Positions 9,351-19,796 of a DNA stretch of 51,663 bases are shown piece after piece (within the stretch, counting starts at the first letter, position 1; each line of letters starts with the position of its first letter). A program made the translations under genes and the position numbers. The notes under the pieces are model-generated. The model worked only from the letters and a program-made list of their open reading frames with translations, was not told where the DNA came from and did not search any database. This DNA is from a virus: the IMG/VR virus record IMGVR_UViG_3300045988_097328; one strand, written 5' to 3'.

Positions 9351-9779
9351 ATGGCTGTGACGCTGGAAATGGCAATGCGCGAGTGTAACAACTTTTTTGA
9401 GCGCTGCAAGTACACGGGGGAGATTCGCATCGCGGGCGGTAAAATCGTCCCTGATGTGGGTTCTCCCTATGTGTACATCAGCGGCAGCGCGCGGAACGAC
9501 GGCGTTCACAGCCTTGTTTCTAGCGCAATGGAGGACGCGGACGGGGAGGAAACTTTCGACGGCACGTTGTGGTTTCTGTACCCGCCGCGCCCGTTTATCG
9601 AGATTGCAAAAGAATGCGCGGAGTACGAGACGAAAAACCCGACGGGGGCTTATACGTCGGAATCGTTCGGGCATTACAGCTATTCGAGGGCGACTGGCAG
9701 CAATGGCGTTGTGACGTGGCAAGCGGCATTCGCGGACAAGCTGCGACCGTATAGGCACATGTATACGGAGGTGGGCTGA
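9351..9779 (+). CDS. hypothetical head-tail connector region protein
   Basis: 142 aa, GGAGGTGG RBS, first gene after the capsid. Confidence 0.55.
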   Translation: MAVTLEMAMRECNNFFERCKYTGEIRIAGGKIVPDVGSPYVYISGSARNDGVHSLVSSAMEDADGEETFDGTLWFLYPPRPFIEIAKECAEYETKNPTGAYTSESFGHYSYSRATGSNGVVTWQAAFADKLRPYRHMYTEVG

Positions 9780-10120
9780 TGGCGTGGACTGATTTTCTGG
9801 ATGACGCTTGCATCGTCGACAAGCGCACGGAATCCGACGGCATGGGCGGCATCGTTGTCACATGGACAGATGGCGCGCCGTTCCGCGCTGGATTCATCCG
9901 CAACAGCAGCACGGAAGCCCGGATTGCATACCAGAACGGAATCCGCGAACTCTTCACCATCGTGTTTTCCGATATGCTGGAACTGCTTCCGAACGACCGC
10001 GTGAAGCGGATTTCCGACGGCAAGGTCTTCCGCATCACGTCCGACGCGCGGGATATGACAACGCCGGAGCAGAGCGATATGCACTTCCGCGAGGCGGACG
10101 CGGAGGTGGTGACTGCGTGA
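9779..10120 (+). CDS. head-closure / head-tail adaptor candidate
   Basis: 113 aa, start overlaps the previous stop; synteny only. Confidence 0.5.
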   Translation: MAWTDFLDDACIVDKRTESDGMGGIVVTWTDGAPFRAGFIRNSSTEARIAYQNGIRELFTIVFSDMLELLPNDRVKRISDGKVFRITSDARDMTTPEQSDMHFREADAEVVTA

Positions 10121-10515
10121 TTGACTTGCAGCGGAAACTATACAAGTTTTGGAGCAGCTTCACCTACGAGGGCAAGCCAATCCCTGCATACGTCGAGGAT
10201 GCAGTGCCGGAGGAAGCGTCTTTTCCCTATTTCGCGTTTCAAGTGCAAGAGGGGGACGCCTTCGGAAAATCTACAATGATTTGCACGCTGTGCTGTCAGG
10301 CGGAAAACGGCAGCAACGTAAACTTGCAGCGTGCGGCAATCCTTGACGAGGTTCGCCGCGCTATTCCGCCGGAGGGAACTGCAATCTATTGCGACGATGG
10401 CTTTATCACCCTGTACCGCAATAATAGCAACTTTTTCCGCCTCGAAGTGGACACGACGCTCAAAAGCGTCTGCTATGGGCGGATTTACTATGAAATCGTG
10501 ACTTACTACACCTAA
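10117..10515 (+). CDS. neck or tail-completion protein candidate
   Basis: GTG 10117 overlaps stop 10118-10120 (GTGA); internal part of track ORF 9808-10515; synteny. Confidence 0.5.
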   Translation: MIDLQRKLYKFWSSFTYEGKPIPAYVEDAVPEEASFPYFAFQVQEGDAFGKSTMICTLCCQAENGSNVNLQRAAILDEVRRAIPPEGTAIYCDDGFITLYRNNSNFFRLEVDTTLKSVCYGRIYYEIVTYYT

Positions 10516-10529
10516 CAGGAGGTAACAAA

Positions 10530-11135
10530 ATGACGACTGGGCTTCGGGCAAGTACATTTGAGAATCTGCAGCTCAATGCCGGGATGTTTCTCGCCAATTT
10601 TGACTATTCCACCGCCACGGACGCGGCGACGCTGGGCGCGCTGCTGAAAACGGAGCGCGAAAAGACAAGCGGCTCTGCGCTGATTGGCGCAACGCGCGGC
10701 GGCGGCACGTTCGTCTGCACGCCCAACACGCGCAGCATCGAAGCGGACGGCAAGCGCGAGGAATGGAAAGGCAGCAGCGTCAACGATGGCTGGACTATCA
10801 AGCTGACGACTACCCTGCTGGAAATCAACGCCACCAACCTTAAGCGTTCTTTCGGCACTGCCGACGTGACGGACACGGAGAAGAAGCACACAATCAAGAT
10901 TCGCACCGACATTAAGGATGCGGATTATATTGATAGCCTTGTCTGGGTGGGCGACACCTCGAAGGGCTATGTGCTGATTGCCATCAAAAACGCGCTGAAC
11001 ACGGCGGGCGCAACGCTGACGTGGACGGACAAGGGCGAGGGCACTATTCCGGTGGAGTTTACCGCGCATCAGGACGGGCTGGAAACCGACGGATATGCCC
11101 CTTGCGAGGTTATTTTCTTCGACCCCGCCGCTTAA
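10530..11135 (+). CDS. major tail protein
   Basis: 201 aa, AGGAGGT RBS; precedes the chaperone pair and tape measure. Confidence 0.75.
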   Translation: MTTGLRASTFENLQLNAGMFLANFDYSTATDAATLGALLKTEREKTSGSALIGATRGGGTFVCTPNTRSIEADGKREEWKGSSVNDGWTIKLTTTLLEINATNLKRSFGTADVTDTEKKHTIKIRTDIKDADYIDSLVWVGDTSKGYVLIAIKNALNTAGATLTWTDKGEGTIPVEFTAHQDGLETDGYAPCEVIFFDPAA

Positions 11136-11141
11136 TAACAC

Positions 11142-11165
11142 GCGGCAGGGTTCGCGCCCTGCCGC
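11142..11165 (+). terminator. stem-loop after the major tail gene (attenuator or weak terminator)
   Basis: GCGGCAGGG-ttcgcg-CCCTGCCGC, then only a short T tract. Confidence 0.4.
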
Positions 11166-11194
11166 ACTTTCGTGAATTTTGAGGAGGAAAACGC

Positions 11195-11521
11195 ATGAAT
11201 ACCGCAACCGCATTTGAGCAGATGGCGAACGCCATTCCGTACATCGATAAGCTGGTAAACAGCAAGGAAATGAAAGCCTTTGTTGAAGAAAAGAGCAAGG
11301 GCGACGTTGTCGGGCGCGACATCCTGATGAAGATGCTGCCGATTTTGTACGCCAAGCATCCGAAGGAAACGATGGGGATTCTCGGCGCGATGCACGGCAA
11401 GACGGCGGAGGAAGTCGCAGAAATGGACTTCACGGAAACCGCCGCCATGATGGACAAGGACACGCTCGATTCGCTGTTTGCTTTTTTTACCTTTGCGCTT
11501 CGTCTGGGGTGCATCATGTAA
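11195..11521 (+). CDS. tail assembly chaperone (G-like, 108 aa)
   Basis: position between major tail and tape measure; overlapped by a -1 frame ORF. Confidence 0.75.
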   Translation: MNTATAFEQMANAIPYIDKLVNSKEMKAFVEEKSKGDVVGRDILMKMLPILYAKHPKETMGILGAMHGKTAEEVAEMDFTETAAMMDKDTLDSLFAFFTFALRLGCIM

Positions 11522-11808
11522 TCCCTGTGCTGTACAAGTACCGCCCGCAAAACGTTCACGCGCTGGGGGTGCTTCTGGCGCACGAAACGCAGGAGGAAGC
11601 AAAACGTTGCTACATGGCTAATATGGCATGGATGACGGTGCTCGCTATTTCGTCGTTCGGCGGCGCGAATCTGGAAATCCCGTCATACAGCGACGTTTTC
11701 GGCGAAGAGAAGCACGAAACAAAGCAAAAAACAGCAGAGGAAATCTGCGACGACATTATAAACGGACTAATGGCGAAGGGAGGTGCAGAAGATGGCGGAA
11801 GCATTTGA
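11195..11808 (+). CDS. tail assembly chaperone frameshift product (GT-like, about 204 aa) made by a -1 slip at 11482-11488
   Basis: heptamer T_TTT_TTT lies in the 0 frame (GCT TTT TTT ACC); the -1 frame is open from 11488 to 11808. Confidence 0.65.
11482..11488 (+). promoter_or_regulatory. -1 programmed ribosomal frameshift slippery heptamer
   Basis: TTTTTTT positioned as X_XXY_YYZ relative to the chaperone frame. Confidence 0.65.
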
Positions 11809-12509
11809 GTTGTACGCAAGTTTTAAGATTGATACAAGCGGATACACACAGGAACTGAATAAAATCCGGCAGGAAATGGAGCAGTTTCAGCAGGAACTTA
11901 ACAGCCTTGCTATTCATCCGACGTTTGACGGCGGACGTTTTCGGACGGAATTGCAGCAAGCGAAGCAGCAGTCCACGCAGGCGACGGAAGAAATCAAGCG
12001 TTTGCAGCAGCAAATCCAGTCTTTGCAGCAAGCCGCAGACGGCGGCGGTTCTGGCGATTCGGGCGGCGGTGTGCTGAGCGGATTTTTGAGCCGCCTTGAT
12101 GTGATTGGCGATATTGCAAGCGGGCAGTTCCTTGCTAACATGGCAGTGAACGGCATAAACAGCATTATCGACGGCATCACGGGTTCGATTGACGAATCAA
12201 TCGGACTTGCGTCCGACCTTGTGGAGACGCAGAACGTTGTGGACGTGACGTTTGAAGATTCCGCGTCCACCATCAACAAGTGGGCGCAGGAGGCGCTGAA
12301 CGCCTACGGCATCACGGAAACCAAGGCGAAACAGTATTCGTCTACACTGGGCGCTATGCTGAAATCCATGGGCATTGCCGATGACCAAGTTCTCCAAATG
12401 TCAATGGATATGGCGGGTCTGGCGGCGGATATGGCGTCATTCTACAACCTCGACCACGATACGGCATTTGAGAAAATCCGCTCCGGCATCTCCGGGGAAA
12501 CAGAACCGT
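11792..12509 (+). CDS. tail tape-measure protein, exon 1
   Basis: GGGAGGTG 6 nt before ATG 11792; ends in the conserved ...SGISGETEP(L) motif; the ORF then runs into intron sequence (stop 12524-12526). Confidence 0.8.
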
Positions 12510-12777
12510 TGATTTTAGCGGCTTAACGGAGGAATCCGTTTTGAAACTGCTGGTGAACGCAAGCAAAAGCGGTGTGCATGAAAATGCGCTAACGGTAAAA
12601 CTCTAAACTTGCCAATAGCAAGCACGACAATACCGTGCCAAGCCGTCACTGACGGAAGGTGTAACGACTAATTGTAGCGTCGGGATTAGCACGACGCGAA
12701 GTGCCAGCCGCCCCCCCGAAAGGGCGAAGAGATAGTCTAATCCCCTACAAAATATCGGGAAACCGAGGGTATAAATG
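12510..12777 (+). ncRNA. group I self-splicing intron, ORF-less (268 nt)
   Basis: hand-traced P1/P10 guide pairings, P2-P9 helices, J8/7-P7 AAGAGAUAGUC, terminal G at 12777; splicing restores the tape-measure frame. Confidence 0.8.
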
Positions 12778-15368
12778 TAAAATCTTTGGGCATCAATATG
12801 TCCGTTGCGAACCTGAACGCCTTTGCCCTCGAAAAGGGCATGAATAAGGCGTTTGATAAAATGTCGCAGGCGGAACAGGCGACGCTGCGCTATCAGTATC
12901 TTCTGGAAGCCACGAAGGACGCGCAGGGTGACTTTGCGCGAACCGGGGACAGCTTTTCAAACGAAATGCGCAAGCTGCAAACGAACCTTGACCGCATCAA
13001 GACGGAGTTCGGCAAGGGGCTGCTGGGCGTTGTAACGCCCGCGATTTCGCTGCTCAACAACGTGCTGTCGGATAAATCGTACCAGCAAACGGCAATCGAG
13101 AAAATCTATTCCGAGCGGGACGAATCACTGTTTGACGCAGAAGTGGCATACCAGCGTTCGCTCACAATCGTTGATTCCATGCGGAGTATAGAGGATGAGA
13201 GCGGCGACGCAGTAAAATCCACGGAGGAATGGCGCGCCGCGCTGGAGGCCTTGAAAGACGTTATGCCGGGGTTGTCACAGTACGTCGACCTTACAACGGA
13301 TGCAATCATCGGCAACGATGAAGCCATACAGAATTACGTTGACACATTGCATGGAGTAACGAAATACAACAGCTACGAACAAGCGGAATCCGATGCGCAG
13401 AAAAGATATGATGATTTGCAGACGCAAATCGCGGAGAAAGAAGCGGATATTGCCAAAAGGGAATTGCTCATTCAAAGCAGCGACGAACTACAAAAACTAT
13501 ACGACAAGCGCGTAGAAGACGCATGGCGCACATACGCACAACGATATGGCTACGAGCCTGACTACCAAACGGCTCGTAATATGCCAGCAAGCGATGTGAG
13601 AAGTTATGGCTATGCTGTTGGCAAGGAAAATCCGTATAGCAATGTGTTAGGACTTGCATCAGGACTTAACGCTGAGCAGGTTTACTATTTCGACCTTTTC
13701 CGCAACGCACAGACAGCCGCGAAAGACCCGCTTGCACAAGAAAAAGCGGAGCTTGAAAGCGAAAAGGAAGAACTTGCAGAGCTTGTTCCGCAAGCCGAAG
13801 CAGCAGCAGTCGCACTGGACGATGTAAAGAAAAGCCGGGAGGAATATGTAAATAGCCCAGAAGGGCGCAAGGCAAAACTAAATTCCGACTTCAAAGCCGC
13901 CGTTGACGCAGAGAAGAAAGCCCTCGAAGACCTTAAGACCGCGCTGAAAGACGTGGACACCTACCGCGCGGACACGCTGAAAAAGGCGCAGGAATCCTAC
14001 AAGGGCGTTGCGTCGGGCATGGGCTACATGGTAACGCACACGCAGGAGGAAATGAAGAAGCTCCTCGATACCGATTACAGCAAGGAAAACGTGCTTAGTT
14101 GGTACGGGACGAATGCGGATGCGCTACACGCCTACAATGATGCTTTGCAGCAAGCCGAAGCGGCTGGCGTTGACGTTGGTATCTTGTCAGGGCTTACTAC
14201 ATACTCCCGCGACAACGATGCGTACCTTTCGCGTCTGCTGAACCTAACGCCAGAAGAAATCAAGCAGCTAAATGCAGACTACCAGCGCGCCCGCGACGAA
14301 GAAAACGCGATGGCGGAAACCAAAACGCGGTATACGCTGGCAAACGATGAGACGTATCAGGCGATGCTGGAAACCGTGAAAAAGTCGCTCGAAGCGTTTG
14401 AGCAAAAGGACGAAATCGCGGCATACATGGCGGAAAATAACAACTCGTTATTAGCTGGCATTGACAAGATGCGCAAGACGCTGGAAGAGGAAATCCCCGG
14501 CATAAACGCGCTTCTCGAACAGTTGGGGTTCAAGCAGATTGATTATAAAATAAAAGATAAACCGTGGGTTCATGACTATGGTGGGGCGCGTGCTGGCTAT
14601 GCTGACCTGTTCGCCGACGTTGCAAAAGATAAAAACGCCTTCAATAAAGACGAAGCAAAAGCGCTACATGCGATAAAGGCACGAGCGCGAAGCGGCTATG
14701 CGGACATGATTGAAGATGGGCTAATGCCCGACGACATCAAAGCCCGCGCGCAGCGGTGGAATCGGCTTGTCGAGATGAAAACGCAGGAAATGAACGACAT
14801 CGTTGACATTTTGGAACAGCGCATGGAGGAAAACCAGCGTCAGCGGGAAGCCGAAGAAGCGGAGCAGTGGAACAATCGAGCAACAAAAGATATGCCGCCA
14901 CTATATATGATGGACACGATTATTGCCAACGCAGCGCACCCTAAATTTGTGCCGAATACATACATCGGCGCACCTTCGAGCGAACAGCAAGAAAAAACAA
15001 CGGGCGGCAATGTTTTCTCCGCCATCGAAAGCGCCATTGACGCAGCAAAAGAAATCGAAAGTAGAACGATACAGGAAGATTTTGTAACGCAGTCTATTTT
15101 CAATGCGCTTGGAGAAATGATGGAGAACTACAAGGAAAGCCTAAGAAACAACAGCGCACCCAACATTTTTAGCAATAGCGACGGCGTTCTTTTTGTGCAA
15201 GTAACAAACCCGGGCGAAATTGCGAACGCGGTTTCCGGGCTTCCGCCAACAACCATCAATAACACATTCAGCGTGGACGGCAAAACCGTCGCAACGGCGG
15301 TTGCGCCCATTGTCAACAAGATAATCGGCAGGGGCATCCGTGGAAATCTGATGGAGGTGGCGCGATAA
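12778..15368 (+). CDS. tail tape-measure protein, exon 2
   Basis: frame continues (L)KSLGINMSVANLNAF...; long coiled-coil protein; exons 1 and 2 together give 1102 aa. Confidence 0.8.
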
Positions 15369-16133
15369 ATGGTAACACGATACCGCGCGTGGATGGGTGA
15401 GGAAGCGCTGGAAGACCTCGACCCGTCCATTATCATCATCGACATTTCGGAGGACGCGCCGAAGGAAGCCGTGACGACCGAAGCACGCCCCGGCGGGGGG
15501 CTGTACCTCACCGGGCAGCTTCGGCAGTCCATCACGGTAACAATCGCCGTTGAGATTCACGACGCAAACACAATCCACAGGCAGCTTGTCCTCGGTAAAA
15601 TCATGCGCTGGGGCAGCGGTGGACAGTACCTGCGCACGTCATACCGCCCGGGACAGCGGTTGTACATCGACAGCATCGAGGCGGCGAGTGTTTCCGCGCT
15701 CAAGTGGACGGATACGCTGGAAATCAAGCTGACGGCATACCAGCGCCCGTGGTGGGAGGAAGCAACTGTTTCCAAAATGGAAACAGTTGAAGCAAGCAAA
15801 AGTGGCATCCTGACGGTTTACAATCGCGGGGACGTGGCGTGTCCGCTTGAAGCGGTTTTTGTGGCAATCGACCCGCTGACAAACGTTGCAATCAGTTGCG
15901 GAAGCGAAAAAATCGTGCTGACGAATATCAGCGTGAAAACGGGCGAGGAAATCCGCATAATACACGACGATAACGGCATCCAGCAAATCACGGCGGCAGG
16001 GCAATCCGCGATGGGCAACCGAAACGGACAATCTGCCGACGAAATCACGCTAAAGCCCGGAATCAACAAGGTGTCGTTCAGCGGCGACGGGCTTTTGTCG
16101 CTGACGGTCACGGCGAGGGGGCGGAAATATTAA
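15369..16133 (+). CDS. distal tail protein (Dit-like)
   Basis: 254 aa directly after the tape measure; synteny. Confidence 0.65.
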   Translation: MVTRYRAWMGEEALEDLDPSIIIIDISEDAPKEAVTTEARPGGGLYLTGQLRQSITVTIAVEIHDANTIHRQLVLGKIMRWGSGGQYLRTSYRPGQRLYIDSIEAASVSALKWTDTLEIKLTAYQRPWWEEATVSKMETVEASKSGILTVYNRGDVACPLEAVFVAIDPLTNVAISCGSEKIVLTNISVKTGEEIRIIHDDNGIQQITAAGQSAMGNRNGQSADEITLKPGINKVSFSGDGLLSLTVTARGRKY

Positions 16134-16209
16134 CTACAAAGCATATGGCACACCGCAGGAAGTAACCCTAACGTCCAAAATAAAATGCCGTCTTGAGGTA
16201 AACCCTGAT

Positions 16210-17664
16210 GTGGAAAATCCCACTGGTTGGCAGATGGAGGTCGGCTATCCAACAATCGGGAGGACAAAGGTCACTTTTCCGGTTGTTCTTCCAGCCGACG
16301 CAGTAATCACCTCCGCACGAGTACACGCAGATTTTCAGCGCGACCTTTGGGGCAATCAACAAAAGCAGGACGTAAACGACGTCCATGTTGACGAGGCTGG
16401 ATTTTCGTCCATCACGCTTCCAGACGGAGCAAGTACAACATCGTTTGTTGCAATACTCTCTTTCCAAATGTGGAAAAAGATTTACACAGACAGCGACGAA
16501 CGAACGTTTAACGTAGACGTCCGCGACATCTACATCACAATCGACTATGTTTCCGGCATCATCCCCGACCCAGACGCAAGCAAAGCATACACAAACAACG
16601 TTCGTTTGCCGCGTCTGCTGGACAAAAATCTGCGAGAAATCAAGCGCTTGCGCCCGTCTTCGCTGTCTCTATCGCTAACAATCGACGACATTTCCACCGC
16701 AAGCATGACGCTTGTGGACGGCACATGGATGGACGCAACGCAGTTTGTGGAGCTGTACCACATCGGCGGCAGCGTCGGCATCTTCCGATTGCGCTCGGAC
16801 ACGCAGACTTATAGAAATTACGCGACGCAGGAAGTAAACCTTGACCACGCCATTTCCACGCTGATGGACGGGCTTCTGCCGGAGCAGCTCAAAATAGGCA
16901 GTGCATCCGTTGACGCGGTTGATGTGCTGGCACAGCTTCTCACCTACCAGCCGGAAACGCGCTGGCAGATGGGAACGTGCGAATTATCGCAACACCTCAC
17001 ATACGACTTTGACGCGGGAACGAACATCTGGACAGCAATCAACAACGTCAAGAACTTGTCGCCCGCAGAAATGATGTGGCAGTACGACTTTTCCACCCAT
17101 CCGTGGACGCTCAACCTCGTTAATATGCCAAATACCGTCTCCTGCGAAGCACGTTTTAATGGCGCGCTAACCAGCGCAACTGTCAGCACCGACCGCGATG
17201 ACCTTGTGACCCGTATGTACGCATACGGCAAAAACGGCATCACCGTTGGCACGGTAAACGATGGCAAGGACTACATCGACGCGGACACCATCGAAGAGTG
17301 GGGCATCGTGTGCGGCAAGTACTCGGATAACAGCATCACGGACAAGGAGACGCTGCTGGAAAACGCAAAGAAGGAACTGGCGAAAAAGAAAACCCCGCCA
17401 ATTTCCATCGACGTTTCACTTGTGGAGCTTTCCGCCATCACGGGATTACCCTACGACCATTTCCGGCTGGGGAGCATCTGCCGGGTTGCAATGCCTAAAT
17501 TCGGGCGCTGCTATGATGAGCGCATCCTGACACTTAACGCGGATAACGTGCTGCTTGAGCCACAAAAGGTACAAGTCACCATGTCGACGGAGGGCAAGAG
17601 CGTCAGCGGCATCATCGAGGCGCTGGGCGGCAAGAGTGGACTTATTTCCGCCGGAACGGAATAA
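16210..17664 (+). CDS. tail-associated (Tal-like) baseplate hub / prophage tail endopeptidase-family protein
   Basis: 484 aa after Dit; GTG start is the first start after an in-frame stop at 16165. Confidence 0.6.
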   Translation: MENPTGWQMEVGYPTIGRTKVTFPVVLPADAVITSARVHADFQRDLWGNQQKQDVNDVHVDEAGFSSITLPDGASTTSFVAILSFQMWKKIYTDSDERTFNVDVRDIYITIDYVSGIIPDPDASKAYTNNVRLPRLLDKNLREIKRLRPSSLSLSLTIDDISTASMTLVDGTWMDATQFVELYHIGGSVGIFRLRSDTQTYRNYATQEVNLDHAISTLMDGLLPEQLKIGSASVDAVDVLAQLLTYQPETRWQMGTCELSQHLTYDFDAGTNIWTAINNVKNLSPAEMMWQYDFSTHPWTLNLVNMPNTVSCEARFNGALTSATVSTDRDDLVTRMYAYGKNGITVGTVNDGKDYIDADTIEEWGIVCGKYSDNSITDKETLLENAKKELAKKKTPPISIDVSLVELSAITGLPYDHFRLGSICRVAMPKFGRCYDERILTLNADNVLLEPQKVQVTMSTEGKSVSGIIEALGGKSGLISAGTE

Positions 17665-17673
17665 GGAGGACGC

Positions 17674-18636
17674 ATGAATGAGTTAAATTATACTTGCAAC
17701 TTGTCTGCCGGGTTGCGGATGACACCGCTCAAAGCGGCGCTCGTGCAAGGCGAGGCGAACGCTCACACGCTGAAAATCGCGTTTGAGAAGGATGGCGCGC
17801 CGTACAGCATGGATTCGGGCGCAACGATTGTTGGCAGCTTTATCAGGCTGGATAGCGTCGCAAGCACAGACGATAACCCGACGATTCTTCTCCAAGGTGC
17901 AGTCAGCGACGGTGTGGCATCCGTGACGCTTTCCGCTGCTTGCTATGCTGTTGTTGGGCGCTTCCGCCTGATGGTCACGGCGACGGTCGGCGAGGACACG
18001 ACGGCTATCTTGTGGCTTGAGGGTCGCGTCGCGGCAGGAGCAACCGGGACGGTGTACGACCCGGATAACGTCATCCCCGACATCACAACGGTGCTGGCAA
18101 AGGTGGAAGACTGCAAAAACGCAGCGGCAAGCGCGAATGCAGCGGCAGAAAGCGCAACATCCGCAGCGCAGCAGTTCCTGGGGAAGTACATTACGGATGA
18201 GGAAAAATTGTTGCTGCTGGAACTGCTGCAAATGTGTGCATATCGCTCCAACACCGCCGCGCAAAATTATAGCAAACTATACGCAGCGTGGAAGGACGAT
18301 GTATCAGCGCTTGAGGCACAGCGCCCGCAAATCATCAGCGTTGAGGCGGACAAAACGACAATCGCCGTCGGCGAGAGCGTGACATTCACGGTGACGCAGA
18401 AGAACGCGGCATCAATCCGTTTCCTTGTGGACGGCACAGTAAACGAACGAATCTATGACGTTCAGCAGGAAACGATAACGTTCACAAAGCAGTTTCAATT
18501 TACCGGGAGCGGAACGCGGATTGTTGCATTCCAGGCGGTTGACGCGAGCAGCAACGTCGGGCTGGAATCGGATAGTATCATCATCACAATTAAGGAGGCG
18601 GCACAAAATGGCGTGGAATCTAATCCGCAGGAATAA
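17674..18636 (+). CDS. baseplate or tail-fibre protein (BppU-N-like?) with a C-terminal Ig-like domain
   Basis: 320 aa; central Ala-rich coiled coil; C-terminal VTFTVTQKN...IVAFQAVDASSN beta-sandwich-like segment. Confidence 0.5.
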   Translation: MNELNYTCNLSAGLRMTPLKAALVQGEANAHTLKIAFEKDGAPYSMDSGATIVGSFIRLDSVASTDDNPTILLQGAVSDGVASVTLSAACYAVVGRFRLMVTATVGEDTTAILWLEGRVAAGATGTVYDPDNVIPDITTVLAKVEDCKNAAASANAAAESATSAAQQFLGKYITDEEKLLLLELLQMCAYRSNTAAQNYSKLYAAWKDDVSALEAQRPQIISVEADKTTIAVGESVTFTVTQKNAASIRFLVDGTVNERIYDVQQETITFTKQFQFTGSGTRIVAFQAVDASSNVGLESDSIIITIKEAAQNGVESNPQE

Positions 18637-18823
18637 CGGCGAGACTATCCACACGGACTATGTTGAGTGGATGTTGGATAGCGCCGCCGACATCTCCAAT
18701 GGCACAGAGCCGGGGAAGTCCGGAAGCATCGGCAGTCTGGCGTACACCGCCGGTTTTGGGTCGATGTGGCAGAAGAACGCGCAGGGCGCGTGGGTGAAGC
18801 TGGGAGGTGGCACGAATGGTTGA
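18608..18823 (+). CDS. small tail-module protein (71 aa)
   Basis: AGGAGG then ATG 18608; overlaps both neighbouring genes. Confidence 0.5.
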   Translation: MAWNLIRRNNGETIHTDYVEWMLDSAADISNGTEPGKSGSIGSLAYTAGFGSMWQKNAQGAWVKLGGGTNG

Positions 18824-19784
18824 CGCAAGCACGATTGGTGTGATTCAGGCGCTTTACGGCACAGGCGCAAACGGTGGGATTCCAACGGCGCTGGTGACGG
18901 ACAAGACGCTGACGCTGGAGAACCGCGCGGCGGACGCAAAGGCTGCTGGCGACGCTATCCGCGCGGTTGCGAATACCGCCAACACGCTTTCCGCGCGCGC
19001 GAATGTTTTATCTGGCAGTGTGTCCGGCTCGTCGATTACTGCGACGGATTCTTTCGCCGCGCCTTTTGTCGGGCTGCGTGTCTGCGGCAAAAGCACGCAG
19101 GACGGCACGCCGCTCCCGACTGCGCCCGTGCCGATTGTCAGCGCGGGCGACGGCGGAACGGTGGTGGTCACGGTGTCGGACGGCGCGAATGAATCGCAGA
19201 CGCTGACACTGCAAACGCCGAACGCACTGCCGGGCATCCCGGTTTCCTCCGGCGGGAACTACACGGACGAGAACGGTCAGCAGTGGGTCTGCGATGAGGT
19301 GGACTTGGCGCGCGGGGTGCGCGTGCAGCGCATCACCAAAATCAAGGTGACGTCTTCGCTCAACTGGCAGACGTCCGGACAAAAGGTTGATAGATACTTT
19401 GCTTGGTTCGCTGGCACTTCTGCGACAAATGTTCTTTGTACGCACTTTTCCACCACCGTAGGTTCGGAAGTTGTCGGCGGTGCTATCGCCAATCAAAACA
19501 ACCTCATCGGCTTTGCATACGCACAAAAAGGCGCATCAACATTTGATGAGTTCAAAGCATTCCTCGACGCGAACGAGGTATATGTTTGGGCATCGCTTGC
19601 AACTCCCGTCGAAACCGCCCTTTCCGCTGCTGAAATTGCCGCGTACAAGGCGCTGACCACCTACGCCCCGACGACCAGCATCAGCGTTACTGATGGCGCT
19701 GGCGCAGAAATGAAGTATCAGCGTGACGTAAACATTGTAATCAAAAATCTTGAGGATGCGATTGCATCCATGACGCAAAATTAA
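18816..19784 (+). CDS. tail fibre / receptor-binding protein candidate
   Basis: GGGAGGTG 6 nt before ATG 18816; 322 aa; last large gene of the tail module. Confidence 0.5.
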   Translation: MVDASTIGVIQALYGTGANGGIPTALVTDKTLTLENRAADAKAAGDAIRAVANTANTLSARANVLSGSVSGSSITATDSFAAPFVGLRVCGKSTQDGTPLPTAPVPIVSAGDGGTVVVTVSDGANESQTLTLQTPNALPGIPVSSGGNYTDENGQQWVCDEVDLARGVRVQRITKIKVTSSLNWQTSGQKVDRYFAWFAGTSATNVLCTHFSTTVGSEVVGGAIANQNNLIGFAYAQKGASTFDEFKAFLDANEVYVWASLATPVETALSAAEIAAYKALTTYAPTTSISVTDGAGAEMKYQRDVNIVIKNLEDAIASMTQN

Positions 19785-19796
19785 GGGGGTATCTTT

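Noticed and set aside
7247-9430. Long minus-strand ORFs (7247-8221, 324 aa; 8282-9430, 382 aa) opposite the scaffold and capsid genes
   Set aside because: These are typical antisense shadow ORFs of GC-rich coding DNA. They are R/A/G-rich, lack RBSs and conflict with the well-supported head genes.
9808-10116. N-terminal 100 codons of track ORF 9808-10515
   Set aside because: This part overlaps the better-supported 9779-10120 gene in another frame. The GTG at 10117 overlaps that gene's stop (GTGA), which gives the usual coupled arrangement.
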